Positions 22,425 through 32,805 are shown, counted from the stretch's first letter. The stretch is 64,000 nt of DNA from Candidatus Adlerbacteria bacterium (GCA_029288895.1 JARIGK010000003.1:13868-77867), one strand, 5' to 3'. A program made the numbers and translations. The notes: generated by a model from the sequence alone, not told the origin.

Positions 22425-24656
22425 ATGGCACGAAAGAGCAGCAAAACCTCAGCTAATCCTTTGCGTGTCGTGCCCCACGAAACTAAGCGCGCCATCATTG
22501 CTATTGTGCTGGCAATCTTGGGCGGCATCTTTACCTTGGCTTACTTTGGTGCCGCGGGTAACGGTGGCTCTGACCTCTACTGGCTCTTTAATTACCTGCT
22601 CGGCTTTGGGTACTTCTTGGTGCCGCTCTTGTTTTTTATTTTGGCGTGGAGCGCACTTAAAGAAGAGTCGTCGGGGCTCCACCCCATCAAACTCTTGGCG
22701 AGCGCTATTTTTATTTTTGCAGGGCTCGGCTTCGTCGACATTGTTTCTAATAAAGGAGGGCTCGTCGGTGCCGCTATCGCACACCCGGCAGTGCAGTTTT
22801 TTGATATCTACGTCGCGCTGTTGATACTTGGAGGCTTGGCGCTTATCTCACTCCTGGTGCTTGTCGAAGGGAGCATCTCGCCCGAAGTATTTATGAGCGT
22901 CGGCCGCGCGATCAAAGCGCTCTTTGTCCGCCTCTTTGGTAAGAAAGAAAAAGTAGGGGAGCCGTCTATTAAAGGACTTCCTGAAAATGCAGATGACGAA
23001 GAATACGAAGAGGATGAACCTGCGGAAGCTGTGACGCCGAAGCAAGACTTCTCCGCGGTTCCGTCAGGAAACCGATCGGAAAGTCTTGCGCAGGCAAAAA
23101 CTACTGCAGCTAATACTGCAGCTGCTCTTGCGGCGGCAAACTTAAAATCTCTGCTCGGCGAGTACACGCCTCCCCCGCTGTCGTTGCTTGAGCGCGACAA
23201 GGGCCGCCCAGGCGTCGGCGACATCAAGGCAAACGCCAACATCATCAAGCGCACGCTTGCGAACTTCGGCATTAATGTCGAATTGGATGAGATCTCCATC
23301 GGCCCGTCCGTGACCCGCTACGCTATCAAACCTGCCGAAGGCGTCCGCCTCCAGAAAATCGTCGCCCTCCAGCAGAACTTGGCGTTGGCCTTGGCAGCCA
23401 AGGGCGGCATCCGCATCGAAGCCCCTATCCCTGGCAAAGCGCTCGTGGGTATCGAAGTGCCAAACACGGCCAAAGTCACTGTGGGCTTGGGCACCCTGCT
23501 CGACTCGACAGAATTCTCCGACTCGCCGAAGCCGCTTCTTGTGGCGCTTGGCCGCGACATCGCCGGCAACTCTGTCTATTCAAACATCGCCAAGATGCCG
23601 CACGGCCTTATCGCAGGCGCAACTGGCTCGGGCAAGTCTGTGACCATCCACGCCATCATCAACTCGCTCCTCTATAGAGCAGGCCCTCAACAGCTGCGCT
23701 TTATCATGATCGACCCCAAGCGTGTCGAATTGACTCTCTACCGCTCTATCCCGCACTTGCTGACGCCGGTTGTGACAGACCCCAAGAAGGCCGTTATGGC
23801 ACTTCGCTGGGCGGTTAAAGAAATGGAGCGCCGCTATAACATCCTGGAGGAACAGCGCGTGCGCGACATCGAGTCCTACCACCAGAACATCCTCACGCCA
23901 GCACTCGAGGACATTAAGAAGAATGGCGAGCCCGAAGAAGGTACGCCCGTGCCCGAAGCGATGCCCTACATCGTCATCATAATCGACGAGTTGGCGGACA
24001 TTATGCAGACCTTCCCTCGCGAGCTTGAAGCTGCCATCGTCCGCTTGGCGCAGATGAGCCGCGCCGTCGGTATCCACCTCCTGCTTTCGACCCAGCGCCC
24101 ATCGGTAAACGTCATCACAGGCCTGATTAAAGCCAACGTCCCTACCCGCATCGCGCTCCAGGTTGCGTCACAAATCGACTCGCGCACCATTTTGGACCAG
24201 GGTGGTGCAGAAACTTTGCTTGGCGCCGGCGACGAGCTCTACCTTTCGGCCGACATGAGCAAGCCAGTGCGTCTGCAGAGCGCCTTCATCAGCGAAGCAG
24301 AAGTAAAGAAGATCACCGACTTTATCGCAAAGAATAACGATGTAGAGATTCCGATTGATATTGGCGCCCCAGCACCGGGCACGACAAGCATCTCCCTTGA
24401 AGGCGGTTCAGGCGGCGGCTTTGACGATGGCGAAGAAGACGATATGTACGAAGCGGCCCGCGAAGCAGTAATGGAAGCAGGTAAAGCGTCCACGTCGTAC
24501 CTCCAGCGCAAACTCCGTGTTGGCTACGCACGTGCTGCGCGCCTCATCGACCTCCTTGAGCAACGCGGTGTCATTGGCCCAGGCGATGGCGCAAAACCAC
24601 GCGAAGTATTAGGCCGCTCTGAAGCGCCAGCGGCAGACGAAGGAGCAGAGGTATGA
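22425..24656 (+). CDS. ftsK: DNA translocase FtsK/SpoIIIE
   Basis: 743 aa with N-terminal TM helices and an acidic linker. The motor domain has Walker A GATGSGKSV and Walker B IVIIIDELADIM, and the C-terminal gamma domain has an RGVIGPGDGAKPREVL-like wHTH. Confidence 0.9.
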   Translation: MARKSSKTSANPLRVVPHETKRAIIAIVLAILGGIFTLAYFGAAGNGGSDLYWLFNYLLGFGYFLVPLLFFILAWSALKEESSGLHPIKLLASAIFIFAGLGFVDIVSNKGGLVGAAIAHPAVQFFDIYVALLILGGLALISLLVLVEGSISPEVFMSVGRAIKALFVRLFGKKEKVGEPSIKGLPENADDEEYEEDEPAEAVTPKQDFSAVPSGNRSESLAQAKTTAANTAAALAAANLKSLLGEYTPPPLSLLERDKGRPGVGDIKANANIIKRTLANFGINVELDEISIGPSVTRYAIKPAEGVRLQKIVALQQNLALALAAKGGIRIEAPIPGKALVGIEVPNTAKVTVGLGTLLDSTEFSDSPKPLLVALGRDIAGNSVYSNIAKMPHGLIAGATGSGKSVTIHAIINSLLYRAGPQQLRFIMIDPKRVELTLYRSIPHLLTPVVTDPKKAVMALRWAVKEMERRYNILEEQRVRDIESYHQNILTPALEDIKKNGEPEEGTPVPEAMPYIVIIIDELADIMQTFPRELEAAIVRLAQMSRAVGIHLLLSTQRPSVNVITGLIKANVPTRIALQVASQIDSRTILDQGGAETLLGAGDELYLSADMSKPVRLQSAFISEAEVKKITDFIAKNNDVEIPIDIGAPAPGTTSISLEGGSGGGFDDGEEDDMYEAAREAVMEAGKASTSYLQRKLRVGYARAARLIDLLEQRGVIGPGDGAKPREVLGRSEAPAADEGAEV

Positions 24657-25030
24657 GTTACGGTGCATCCCCTCGCCGTACCATTATCCGCATTATTGTC
24701 GCCCTGTGCGTTGTCCTGCTTGTGGGGTACGGCCTGTTTGAGGCACGCAAGCTTATAGAGGGTCCTCAAATTGAGATCAAAACTCCATCAAACGGGGGCG
24801 CTACTTCGACGGCATCCGTCCTTATTTCGGGCCTGGCATCGAATATTTCCTTCCTTACCATCAACGATGCCCCCGCCTATACAGACGAGTCGGGGCGCTT
24901 CGCTGTCACCCTCTCGCCTCCCCCGGGGTATACTGTTTTTGTCGTTCAAGGCGTCGATAGATTCGGCCGCCGGACGTCAAAACATGTTTCTATAAACATC
25001 GTGGCACTGTGCCCCATTAGCAACGCATAG
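24653..25030 (+). CDS. Hypothetical membrane-anchored protein
   Basis: 125-aa ORF whose start overlaps the ftsK stop (ATGA) and which ends 12 nt before recA. It has a single N-terminal TM helix. Confidence 0.45.
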   Translation: MSYGASPRRTIIRIIVALCVVLLVGYGLFEARKLIEGPQIEIKTPSNGGATSTASVLISGLASNISFLTINDAPAYTDESGRFAVTLSPPPGYTVFVVQGVDRFGRRTSKHVSINIVALCPISNA

Positions 25031-25041
25031 ACAGAAAAGAT

Positions 25042-26121
25042 ATGGCAAAGCAACAGAAAGAAAAGAAAGCACCGAAAGAAATGGGCACGCGCGACACCGC
25101 AGCAATTGATGCAGCGATCCGCGAAATAAAAACAAAATTTGGCGACGAAGCCATTATGAAATTGGGCGAGACGGCGAAGGTAAACGTCGACGCTATCCCC
25201 TCGGGCTCTGTAGGCCTCGACTGGGCGCTTGGCATCGGTGGCTACCCGCGCGGCCGCATCATTGAAATCTTTGGCCCAGAAAGTTCTGGCAAGACAACGC
25301 TTACCTTGCACGCCATCGCAGAGGCACAACAAAAAGGCGGCGTCTGCGCATTTATCGATGCAGAACACGCACTCGACCCCGAATACGCACGGAAGATCGG
25401 CGTCAAATTGGATGAACTCCTTGTCTCGCAGCCAGACACAGGCGAACAAGCGCTTGAGATTGTTGAGTCACTCGTACGCTCGGGCAAAGTCGACATTGTT
25501 GTCGTCGACTCGGTGGCAGCATTGACACCAAAAGACGAAATCGAGGGCGACATGGGTGCAATGCACGTCGGCAAACAAGCACGTTTGATGTCGCAGGCGC
25601 TCCGCAAACTCACCGCTATCACCGCCAAATCAAAGACAATCGTTATCTTCATCAACCAGATCCGTATGCAAATCGGCATGATGTTTGGCAACCCAGAAAC
25701 AACGCCGGGCGGCAAAGCGCTCAAGTTCTATACCTCGGTGCGCTTGGACATCCGCCGCATTGCACAGATTAAGAAAGGCGAAGAGGTTGTGGGCGGCCGC
25801 CACCGCGTGAAGGTAGTCAAAAACAAAGTCGCTCCCCCATTCCGCAAGACGGAGTTCGACCTGCTCTACAACGAAGGTATCTCGCGCGAAGGCGAACTCC
25901 TCGCGCTTGGCGAAAGCCTTGGCATGGTGTCGAAGAGCGGCGCCTCGTACTCGTACAATTCTAAAGATGGCGAAAAAGTATCGCTTGGACGCGGCTATGA
26001 CGCATCACGCACCTTCCTCCGCGAAAATAAAAAAGTTGCAAACGAGCTTTTGAAGTCAATCGAAAAAGGCCTCGAGACCTCTGCCCCGCCTAAAACAGCC
26101 GCTTCCAGCGACGACGAATAA
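25042..26121 (+). CDS. recA: Recombinase RecA
   Basis: 359 aa with the canonical [17 protein letters not shown] Walker A and the L1/L2 loops (...[20 protein letters not shown]...). Confidence 0.97.
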   Translation: MAKQQKEKKAPKEMGTRDTAAIDAAIREIKTKFGDEAIMKLGETAKVNVDAIPSGSVGLDWALGIGGYPRGRIIEIFGPESSGKTTLTLHAIAEAQQKGGVCAFIDAEHALDPEYARKIGVKLDELLVSQPDTGEQALEIVESLVRSGKVDIVVVDSVAALTPKDEIEGDMGAMHVGKQARLMSQALRKLTAITAKSKTIVIFINQIRMQIGMMFGNPETTPGGKALKFYTSVRLDIRRIAQIKKGEEVVGGRHRVKVVKNKVAPPFRKTEFDLLYNEGISREGELLALGESLGMVSKSGASYSYNSKDGEKVSLGRGYDASRTFLRENKKVANELLKSIEKGLETSAPPKTAASSDDE

Positions 26122-26140
26122 ATTCAATACATAAAAAAAT

Positions 26141-26170
26141 AACCCCGCATCTTTCGATGCGGGGTTTGCC
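26141..26170 (+). terminator. Rho-independent terminator after recA
   Basis: AACCCCGCATCTTTCGATGCGGGGTT followed by TGCC / T-rich. Confidence 0.65.
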
Positions 26171-26189
26171 GTTGCCGGCGGTCGAGAAG

Positions 26190-26636
26190 TTAACGAGCGG
26201 TCGCAGCGATCGGGACCAAGAAGCCGTGCTTCTTGTCCAGGACGAGAGCGGCGATCATCACGCTCTTGGTCGCGTCGCTGACCTTCGAGACGTTGCCGTA
26301 GGCGGCGATAAGCGACGCGAAGAGGTTGTCGCCAGCGTTCTCGTGCATCTGCTGCTCGAGATACTTGCCATCGTAGGTCGACTCCCAGGCAGCCACGAAG
26401 GCGGGCAGGATGGCCTTGCGCTCGTTGGGGTTGGTGATCAGCTTGGAGAAGCTGACCGCCGTGTCGGTCTGGTGACGCAGGCCGGCGCGGAAGGCGTCGA
26501 TCTTGATGCGGCCGTCCTTGTGCTGTTCGATCAGCTTGTCGAGCTTGGCCAGCATGATCGCCGTCGGCGTCGTAGGCTGCAGATCCAGAATGGGATTCGG
26601 GAAATGGATAGAGGCACCGTTGAGCTTAAACTTGTC
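26190..26636 (-). CDS. Hypothetical protein of about 149 aa encoded by a distinctly GC-rich gene
   Basis: Likely start MDKFKLNGASIHFPNPILDL... The gene is about 62 percent GC with GC-rich third positions against a window background of roughly 50 percent. No recognisable domain. Confidence 0.45.
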   Translation of the reverse strand, partial: DKFKLNGASIHFPNPILDLQPTTPTAIMLAKLDKLIEQHKDGRIKIDAFRAGLRHQTDTAVSFSKLITNPNERKAILPAFVAAWESTYDGKYLEQQMHENAGDNLFASLIAAYGNVSKVSDATKSVMIAALVLDKKHGFLVPIAATAR

Positions 26637-26770
26637 CATAACTTCCTCACGTAAAGAACACCCTCGGTCTAGCGTCTTACAGCACAATGCAAATAAAAAA
26701 CGCCCCTTGGGACTTAAATACCATACGGTACGTCCCTAAGGGCGTCAAGTGAGCGTTTCAGGTTGAGGCG

Positions 26771-27103
26771 TTAAGCGAAGCGGCTCGAAGGCTGCGATGA
26801 TGAGTGCGCGAGGTCGATAGCCATAACCGCAAGCGCACCAATGCCAACCAAGAGTGCAATCTGGACCACAAATTTGGTGCCAAGCACTGCCGAGACAAAG
26901 AAGGTCTCGATACTCCCTACCCCGCCGCCCGCGACGTTGGTGAGATTTTCGAGTACGTGTGGCAACGAGACAAAGTACGCCGTGCCCAAAAACGACAGCG
27001 CGAGCGCGTAGCACGACAGCGCAAAACGGCTCGTGAGTTTGCGTGCAGCGTAAATAACGCCGACGCTTGCCATGACCTGCTGTTCTATCTTGCTCTGGTT
27101 CAT
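26771..27103 (-). CDS. Small membrane protein, a candidate anti-sigma factor
   Basis: 110 aa with two or three TM helices. Its start overlaps the ECF sigma gene stop by 4 nt, suggesting translational coupling. Confidence 0.45.
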   Translation of the reverse strand: MNQSKIEQQVMASVGVIYAARKLTSRFALSCYALALSFLGTAYFVSLPHVLENLTNVAGGGVGSIETFFVSAVLGTKFVVQIALLVGIGALAVMAIDLAHSSSQPSSRFA

Positions 27104-27738
27104 ACGTTTGTTGTTATTGCCTTATAAATCTTTTCAAACTCTTTTTTTGCACGGTGGACGCGGGTTTTGATGGCCCCCACGCTCACGCCCTCTTCCTGTG
27201 CCATCTCTTCTTGGCTTTTCCCTTCTAAGAAGAACGATGCGAGGGCTCGGGACATCGGCTCGGGCATCCGCGAGAGCACCGACGCCACTTCATCAGTAAA
27301 TTCTTTTTTCTCGAACTGGCGGAGATTTTTGTCGGGGATCAGCGCCCAAATCTCATCATCTAATTCTGTCTGCTGCTCGCCGCGGCGTTTGCGCTTTTGG
27401 TAGTGCGTCAGCGCGGTGTTAATGAGGATGCGCCACGCCCAGGACGAAAACTGCGCGCCATCCTGCTTCTTAAATTTATTCGCGTTCATGTAGATCTTCG
27501 TGAACGCTTCCTGCACGATGTCTTCGGCCGCCTCCTTTTCGCGGACGATACTCATCGCGCGGCGCAAAAAAGGCTGCTCGTATTTGCGCACCAGCAGTGC
27601 AAAGAGCGACGGCGTCGCAATAGACAAGGCCAACAGCTCTTCGTCAGAGCGGTCCTCCCCTTTCTCTTCAAGTGAGAGATAGTCTGTCATGACTACACTG
27701 TATATCATGGCGCACTCTTTACAACCCGCTTGCACCAC
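27100..27738 (-). CDS. ECF-type RNA polymerase sigma factor (sigma-70 regions 2 and 4)
   Basis: Region 2 is ..AAEDIVQEAFTKIYMNANKFKKQDGAQFSSWAWRILINTALTHYQKRKR. Region 4 is LSRMPEPMSRALASFFLEGKSQEEMAQEEGVSVGAIKTRVHRAKKEF. Confidence 0.8.
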   Translation of the reverse strand: MVQAGCKECAMIYSVVMTDYLSLEEKGEDRSDEELLALSIATPSLFALLVRKYEQPFLRRAMSIVREKEAAEDIVQEAFTKIYMNANKFKKQDGAQFSSWAWRILINTALTHYQKRKRRGEQQTELDDEIWALIPDKNLRQFEKKEFTDEVASVLSRMPEPMSRALASFFLEGKSQEEMAQEEGVSVGAIKTRVHRAKKEFEKIYKAITTNV

Positions 27739-27769
27739 TCCAGGTTTCGGCTATAGTGAATATATGTCG

Positions 27770-27900
27770 AACGCGCGTACCATTGTGGTCCTCATTAAGC
27801 TCCTTCAGAGGGGTGGAGGCCTCGCGCGTTCTTAGGAAAAACTTCCCAGGAACACACCAGCCCTCCACCCGAGACGGGAGAGGAGGCTGGGGCTCTTTGT
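27770..27900. ncRNA. Candidate structured RNA element (nested stems / pseudoknot) in the divergent intergenic region
   Basis: GAACGCGCG(27770-78) pairs with CGCGCGTTC(27823-31). GGGGTGGAGG(27809-18) lies inside that loop and is complementary to CCTCCACCC(27862-70). CCAGCC(27856-61) pairs with GGCTGG(27885-90). A U-rich run follows. Confidence 0.3.
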
Positions 27901-27927
27901 TTTGTAGTAGAAAAGGGAGAATGAAAA

Positions 27928-28257
27928 ATGCCGTGCGGTCGTGATTTCTACGACGAAAGCCCTGAACGGGCTATGCAACGGGAAGCTAAAGCGGCGCAAA
28001 AAGACGCCGTTGCGGCTCAAAAAATCGTTGACTTCTTCGCCTCGAACGGGCATTCGGTTAAAACCCGAAGCACCTGCGAACGTGGAGTCCACAACAAGGT
28101 ACATGTCTCCAAGACGGAAAATGAACTTACGGTAAAGCACCGTGGGCACCTCATCGTCTACGACACTCCGGACCCTTCAACCCTCGAGAAAGAATTGAGA
28201 ACCTGGTGCGAAACCGACATGAAACATGTCCGTGTCGCGCCTCGCATAAGCCAATAG
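27928..28257 (+). CDS. Hypothetical protein
   Basis: 109-aa ORF followed by a hairpin (GGCCGCACTCACCCACCAGTGAGCGCGGCC) and a T-run. Confidence 0.4.
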   Translation: MPCGRDFYDESPERAMQREAKAAQKDAVAAQKIVDFFASNGHSVKTRSTCERGVHNKVHVSKTENELTVKHRGHLIVYDTPDPSTLEKELRTWCETDMKHVRVAPRISQ

Positions 28258-28340
28258 GCTTATCGATTCAACTGGCCGCACTCACCCACCAGTGAGCGCG
28301 GCCTTTTCTTTTGGCTGAATATGAGTAGAATGGCTTTCAT

Positions 28341-28907
28341 ATGGCAATGCTTGAATACAACGAAATCCTCCCAAAGCGCGTAATTTTGCTCGACGGCGAG
28401 CCGTACGAAGTGCTCGACGCGCACGTCTTCCGCAAACAGCAGCGCAAGCCGGTGAACCAGACAAAACTCCGCCACCTTATTACTGGCAAAGTAACTGAAC
28501 AGGCCTTCCACGTCTCGGAAAAAGTTCCGGAAGCAGACCTTTCAACCAAGAGCGTTAAATTCCTCTACAACAACCGTGGCGAATGGTGGTTCTGCGCAGA
28601 AAATAACCCCTCTGATCGTTTTAAATTGGAAGAAGACACCATCGGCACTCCGGGTAAATTTTTGAAGCCCAACACTGTTGTAGAAGCGCTCGTCTTTGAT
28701 GAAAAAATTATCTCCGTACGTATCCCTATCAAAATGGAGCTTGTCGTAAAAGATGCACCACCTGCAGTCCGCGGCGACACCTCCAAGGGCGGCAACAAAA
28801 TCATCACGCTCGAAACAGGCGCAACCGTGAACGCCCCCCTCTTCATTAACGAAGGCGACCGCGTCATCGTCAACACCCTCGAAGGCACCTACGTCGAACG
28901 CGCGTAG
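28341..28907 (+). CDS. efp: Translation elongation factor P
   Basis: 188 aa. MAMLEYNEILPKRVILLDGEPYEVLDAHVFRKQQRKPVNQTKLRHLITGKV is the classic EF-P N-terminal KOW domain. Confidence 0.95.
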   Translation: MAMLEYNEILPKRVILLDGEPYEVLDAHVFRKQQRKPVNQTKLRHLITGKVTEQAFHVSEKVPEADLSTKSVKFLYNNRGEWWFCAENNPSDRFKLEEDTIGTPGKFLKPNTVVEALVFDEKIISVRIPIKMELVVKDAPPAVRGDTSKGGNKIITLETGATVNAPLFINEGDRVIVNTLEGTYVERA

Positions 28908-28973
28908 ACAAATAGTAGAGCCTCTGCTTTACTGACTCCGAAACAGTCCCTTCATCTTACCAACACAGGAGTA

Positions 28974-29498
28974 TTGCTCGTGGAATCCTTGCTCAAGATC
29001 GATAAATTTGCGAGGCCTGCACCGGAGTCCATCTTGGATATTCCGCACATCATTTTCGATTTTTTCTCGGCGCACTATCGCGCACACGAAATTCCACAAT
29101 TCGCGTGGAAGACAAACGAGTCGTACCCGCAGGATGTCTGCATCTCTGCGCTCGACAAGATTCGTGTACGTAATGAAGCGCTTCCTCATCTGCGGATCAT
29201 CACGCAAGAGCAGCCTACGTTCAAGAGGAGTGTCGTCGAGCTGTTTGCCAGCAAAGTGGCGACAGCGAAGGATGGGCACGCCATCATGTGCGTGAAAGTA
29301 CGGCAGGATCTCAAGCCTCGCGTACCGGGCGGCACTCTACTCCAAGACTGCACCGTGGTTTTACCCACTGATGCTATAGGATTTTCGCTCTGTGGCGATT
29401 ATCCTCTTATGACGGTCGCTGCTGAGATGTTTTTTCTCGGTCGCATGCTCGCTGAGCCTTTCCAGCGAACAATTGTACAAGCTGCAGTCGCCGCGTAA
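28974..29498 (+). CDS. Hypothetical protein
   Basis: 174-aa ORF that ends at the strong terminator at 29506. The antisense ORF 28929..29279 looks less protein-like. Confidence 0.35.
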   Translation: MLVESLLKIDKFARPAPESILDIPHIIFDFFSAHYRAHEIPQFAWKTNESYPQDVCISALDKIRVRNEALPHLRIITQEQPTFKRSVVELFASKVATAKDGHAIMCVKVRQDLKPRVPGGTLLQDCTVVLPTDAIGFSLCGDYPLMTVAAEMFFLGRMLAEPFQRTIVQAAVAA

Positions 29499-29505
29499 AC
29501 GCACA

Positions 29506-29545
29506 AGGCCCGAGGATCTCCTCGGGCCCTTTTTCTTTTTCTATA
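29506..29545 (+). terminator. Rho-independent terminator
   Basis: GGCCCGAGGATCTCCTCGGGCC followed by CTTTTTCTTTTTC. Confidence 0.65.
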
Positions 29546-29556
29546 TTCAGTTGCGT

Positions 29557-29760
29557 TTAGCGGACGATGTATGGCAAGAGCGCCATGAAACGTGCGCGTT
29601 TGACGGCTTGTGCCAATGCGCGCTGGTTCGGAGCCGAAAGGCCCGTGCGGCGGCGCGGCATGATTTTGCCGTGTGGGTTCAAGAACTTCTTGAGCGTATC
29701 GACATCTTTGTAGTCGAGCGCCTTGAAGTGTGCCACGTAATTGTCGGTCTTGGTTGGCAT
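29557..29760 (-). CDS. rpsR: 30S ribosomal protein S18
   Basis: 67 aa. ..[52 protein letters not shown]. Confidence 0.95.
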   Translation of the reverse strand: MPTKTDNYVAHFKALDYKDVDTLKKFLNPHGKIMPRRRTGLSAPNQRALAQAVKRARFMALLPYIVR

Positions 29761-29806
29761 AAATTTGATAGTAATTTGATTGGTTTTCTAAGATTCTCTG
29801 AGAGTA

Positions 29807-30253
29807 TTAGAACGGGATGTCGTCTGGATTGATGTCCTCTGCCGGGTAGTCGATCGCATCATCTTTTGGTGAGCTTTGAGACTGCTCGTCCATCTGGCGG
29901 CTGCTGCCACCTGACGACGGCGCACCCGAACCAGTAGCGCGTGAGCCAAACTGGACGCGCTCAGCAACAACTTCTGTGCGGTACTGCTTCCCCTTCTCTG
30001 GGCTATCCCAGCTGCGGGTCTGGAGGCGGCCTTCAATCAAAGCCGAACTTCCCTTTTTCAAGTACTGCGCACTCGTTTCTGCCTGGCGGCCGAAGACCAC
30101 AACATTGTGGAACTCCGGTATATCCACCCACTGTTCATCCTTCTTAACACGGCGGTTTGTAGCGACACCAAACGTTGCGACTTGCCCACCATTAGGGAGC
30201 TGTTTCAATTCTGGGTCGCGGGTCAAATTGCCGAAGAGGATGACTTTGTTCAT
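29807..30253 (-). CDS. ssb: Single-stranded DNA-binding protein
   Basis: 148 aa. MNKVILFGNLTRDPELKQLPNGGQVATFGVATNRRVKKDEQWVDIPEFHNVVVFGRQAE is an OB fold, and the acidic C-terminal tip is ..DINPDDIPF. Confidence 0.92.
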   Translation of the reverse strand: MNKVILFGNLTRDPELKQLPNGGQVATFGVATNRRVKKDEQWVDIPEFHNVVVFGRQAETSAQYLKKGSSALIEGRLQTRSWDSPEKGKQYRTEVVAERVQFGSRATGSGAPSSGGSSRQMDEQSQSSPKDDAIDYPAEDINPDDIPF

Positions 30254-30271
30254 ATACCCTTAGTATACCTG

Positions 30272-30787
30272 TTACTCCTGGACCAAGGCGTCGATAGATT
30301 TATCGAGCTCAGCCTCCGAAACCTCGCCTGCCTTTTCTTCTGCGGCAGCTTTTGGCTTCTGGATCGTCTCGCCTTCGAGGCGGTCAGATGCGAAGACTGC
30401 GCGGCGCGGCGCCTGCGAGATATCCTCGCGCGTCGTCTCAATGAGAAGGAAGCGAAGAATATTCTTATTGGCGCGGAGTGCCTGCTCGAGTGCAGGAATT
30501 TCCTCGCGGTCTATAGCGAACTTAATAAAACCGAAGTACGCCTCATCGAACTTAGCGCGCTTGCCGGCTGCGGCCTGCTCTACGGTGTAGGCAAGACGCA
30601 TCTTTTCTGGAACCTGCTGACTAATAATTTCAGCGTTGCCGAGTGCTGATGTAATTTGGTCTACAACGCCAGCAACACCTTCGTCACCAACTGTTGGGAC
30701 GACATGAAAGCCCACCTCGTATACGGGGCGGCTTTCGGAGATGTTCGCTTGGGATGAGACCTCGGCGGTCTGCGACATTTCTGCCAT
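30272..30787 (-). CDS. rpsF: 30S ribosomal protein S6 with a C-terminal acidic extension
   Basis: 171 aa with an S6-like N-terminal half (..YEVGFHVVPTVGDEG..) and an E/A-rich tail. The rpsF-ssb-rpsR gene order is conserved. Confidence 0.88.
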   Translation of the reverse strand: MAEMSQTAEVSSQANISESRPVYEVGFHVVPTVGDEGVAGVVDQITSALGNAEIISQQVPEKMRLAYTVEQAAAGKRAKFDEAYFGFIKFAIDREEIPALEQALRANKNILRFLLIETTREDISQAPRRAVFASDRLEGETIQKPKAAAEEKAGEVSEAELDKSIDALVQE

Positions 30788-30824
30788 GCCAAGAGACTAC
30801 AGGAGAAGTGGGGCTTTGGCAACC

Positions 30825-32282
30825 CTAGTGGAAGCTGTTGCCTCCCGCATAGCCCAACTCTTCTTCGAGTTCGATCCCTGCCTCTTCGACTGGTTTGTGG
30901 GTTGTTTTGCGCAGCGGTACTTCTGGCAAAAAGAGTGTCAAAAGAAACGCTGGCACCACCACAGCCGCGGCGATAAGGAAGGTGTGCGGCAAGGCCGTTG
31001 CCAAGGTCATACCCGACGCCAAGCGCATGTTGACCAAGCCGCCAAATAACGCACCGCCAACGGAGCCGCCAATGCTGCGGAAGAGTTGGATCGATGCCGT
31101 GACAACACCAGTCCTGCTCTGCTCAAAGGCATTTTGCACAGCGATATTGAAGACAGGCATCGTGGCGCCAAGCCCCAAGCCCATCACAATCATCTTGGCG
31201 ATGATCTCGAGCTTTGTGCTGTCGGCACCCATGCGCGAGAAGAGGAACATACCGACAATCACCACAAGCACGCCTGCGATTGCCAGATATTTGTAGCGGC
31301 CCGTGCGCGAAACAAGCTGGCCCGAAATAGTGCTCATCGCGACCATGCCAAGCATGAGCGGCGTAAGCACGAGGCCCGCGTTTGTGGCATTAAAGCCGAT
31401 GACCTGCTGTGCAAAGAGCGGCAAGAAGAGAATGGAGCCAAACATACCAACGGCAGTTAGGAATACTGCTGCGATAGAAATAGAGAACGTGCGTGTGCGG
31501 AAGAGCGAGAGCGGCAACACTGGATCGGCAGCACGCTGTTCGACAAACCCAAACGCAATGAGCGCTGCGAGTGCGCCTGCAAACAACAGCTGGATGGTGA
31601 GCGAATCCCACGGGTAGGTACTACCGCCCCACACAAGTGCAAGGAGGAATGGCACAAGTGCCCCTGCGAGCAACAATGCACCCAGGTAATCGATAGGGTG
31701 TTTTTTGCCGTGGCCAATGTTAGGAAGCGTAAAAAAGATAACAGCGAGTGCCACAAGGCCCAGCGGGATGTTGATGTAGAAGATCCAGCGCCACGAGTAC
31801 GCATCGGTGATCCAGCCGCCAAGAAGCGGCCCCGCCACCGAAGCGATACCGAACATGCCGCCGATAAGGCCCATCCATTTACCGCGCTCAGATGGCGGGA
31901 AGAGGTCGGCCACAATGGCAAACGAGTTCACCATGATGGCACCGCCGCCAACGCCCTGGATGGCGCGGAAGAGAATGAGTTCGGTCATCGTCTGTGCGGC
32001 ACCGGAAAGGACCGAGCCAACGAGGAAGGTGATGATGCCGATAATGTAGAAAATGCGGCGGCCGTAGATGTCGGAGAGTTTGCCGTAGAGTGGCACCGTC
32101 ACTGTGGACGCGAGCATGTACGCCGTAAAGACCCAAGAGATGTGTTCCAAGCCGTGGAGTTCTGTGACAATGCGCGGGAGCGCAGTTGAGACAATAGTTT
32201 GGTCGAGGGCGGACAATAGCATCGCAAGCATCGCGCCGCCCATGGCCGCGACCTTCGGATTACGCAAAAATGTAGGCATCAT
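30825..32282 (-). CDS. MFS transporter, 14-TM drug:H+ antiporter (DHA2/EmrB-like)
   Basis: 485 aa with about 14 hydrophobic helices and the MFS motif [16 protein letters not shown]. Confidence 0.85.
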   Translation of the reverse strand: MMPTFLRNPKVAAMGGAMLAMLLSALDQTIVSTALPRIVTELHGLEHISWVFTAYMLASTVTVPLYGKLSDIYGRRIFYIIGIITFLVGSVLSGAAQTMTELILFRAIQGVGGGAIMVNSFAIVADLFPPSERGKWMGLIGGMFGIASVAGPLLGGWITDAYSWRWIFYINIPLGLVALAVIFFTLPNIGHGKKHPIDYLGALLLAGALVPFLLALVWGGSTYPWDSLTIQLLFAGALAALIAFGFVEQRAADPVLPLSLFRTRTFSISIAAVFLTAVGMFGSILFLPLFAQQVIGFNATNAGLVLTPLMLGMVAMSTISGQLVSRTGRYKYLAIAGVLVVIVGMFLFSRMGADSTKLEIIAKMIVMGLGLGATMPVFNIAVQNAFEQSRTGVVTASIQLFRSIGGSVGGALFGGLVNMRLASGMTLATALPHTFLIAAAVVVPAFLLTLFLPEVPLRKTTHKPVEEAGIELEEELGYAGGNSFH

Positions 32283-32379
32283 CTAATTATACCAAATCGC
32301 CTATTTTCAAGCTGAACCATGAAAAGAAATAGCCCCGATCGATGTCAGGGCTATTCCCTTTCATCGGCCGGGGCCGAGG

Positions 32380-32805
32380 TTACTTCTTCTGCGGCGGCAA
32401 CGTACTGACGTCGATGACCGGCTTGTCCTTCAGCGGCGCCGTCGCGGCGTCCGCTTCATTCTGCTTCTTCTCGACGAAGGCCAGGGCCTCGTCGAACTTC
32501 GGCCCAAGCTCGCGCTTCTGCGCGCTGATCGAGCGATAGCGTGCGACTGTGCCCTTCAGGTCTTCGAGCGTCGGGCTGCTGAACGGGAAGCCCTCGAGAA
32601 CGTACTTCTCGACGCTTCCCTTCTCGCACTTCTGGCCGACATACTCCAGATCCAGAACGAGCGACGGCCGGCCGTTGACCTGGGCGAAGTCGTAGGTATA
32701 GACCATCGACTTGCCGATCGAGCACTTGGCAGTCTGAGCCGAAGCAACCGACGCGGTGGCGAGCAGAGCAGAAACAGCGATGGCAGCGAAAATCATGGAA
32801 CGCAT
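32380..32805 (-). CDS. Small secreted hypothetical protein encoded by a GC-rich gene
   Basis: 141 aa with a signal peptide MRSMIFAAIAVSALLATASVASAQ. The gene is about 62 percent GC with strongly GC-biased third positions, unlike its flanks. Confidence 0.5.
   Translation of the reverse strand: MRSMIFAAIAVSALLATASVASAQTAKCSIGKSMVYTYDFAQVNGRPSLVLDLEYVGQKCEKGSVEKYVLEGFPFSSPTLEDLKGTVARYRSISAQKRELGPKFDEALAFVEKKQNEADAATAPLKDKPVIDVSTLPPQKK

Noticed and set aside
22372-22824. 150-aa plus-strand ORF overlapping the ftsK start in another frame
   Set aside because: The ftsK frame has clear TM, linker and motor-domain features, so this is an alternative-frame artefact.
28929-29279. 116-aa minus-strand ORF
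   Set aside because: It overlaps plus ORF 28974..29498, which ends neatly at a strong terminator. The minus-strand translation is Arg-rich with poor protein character.
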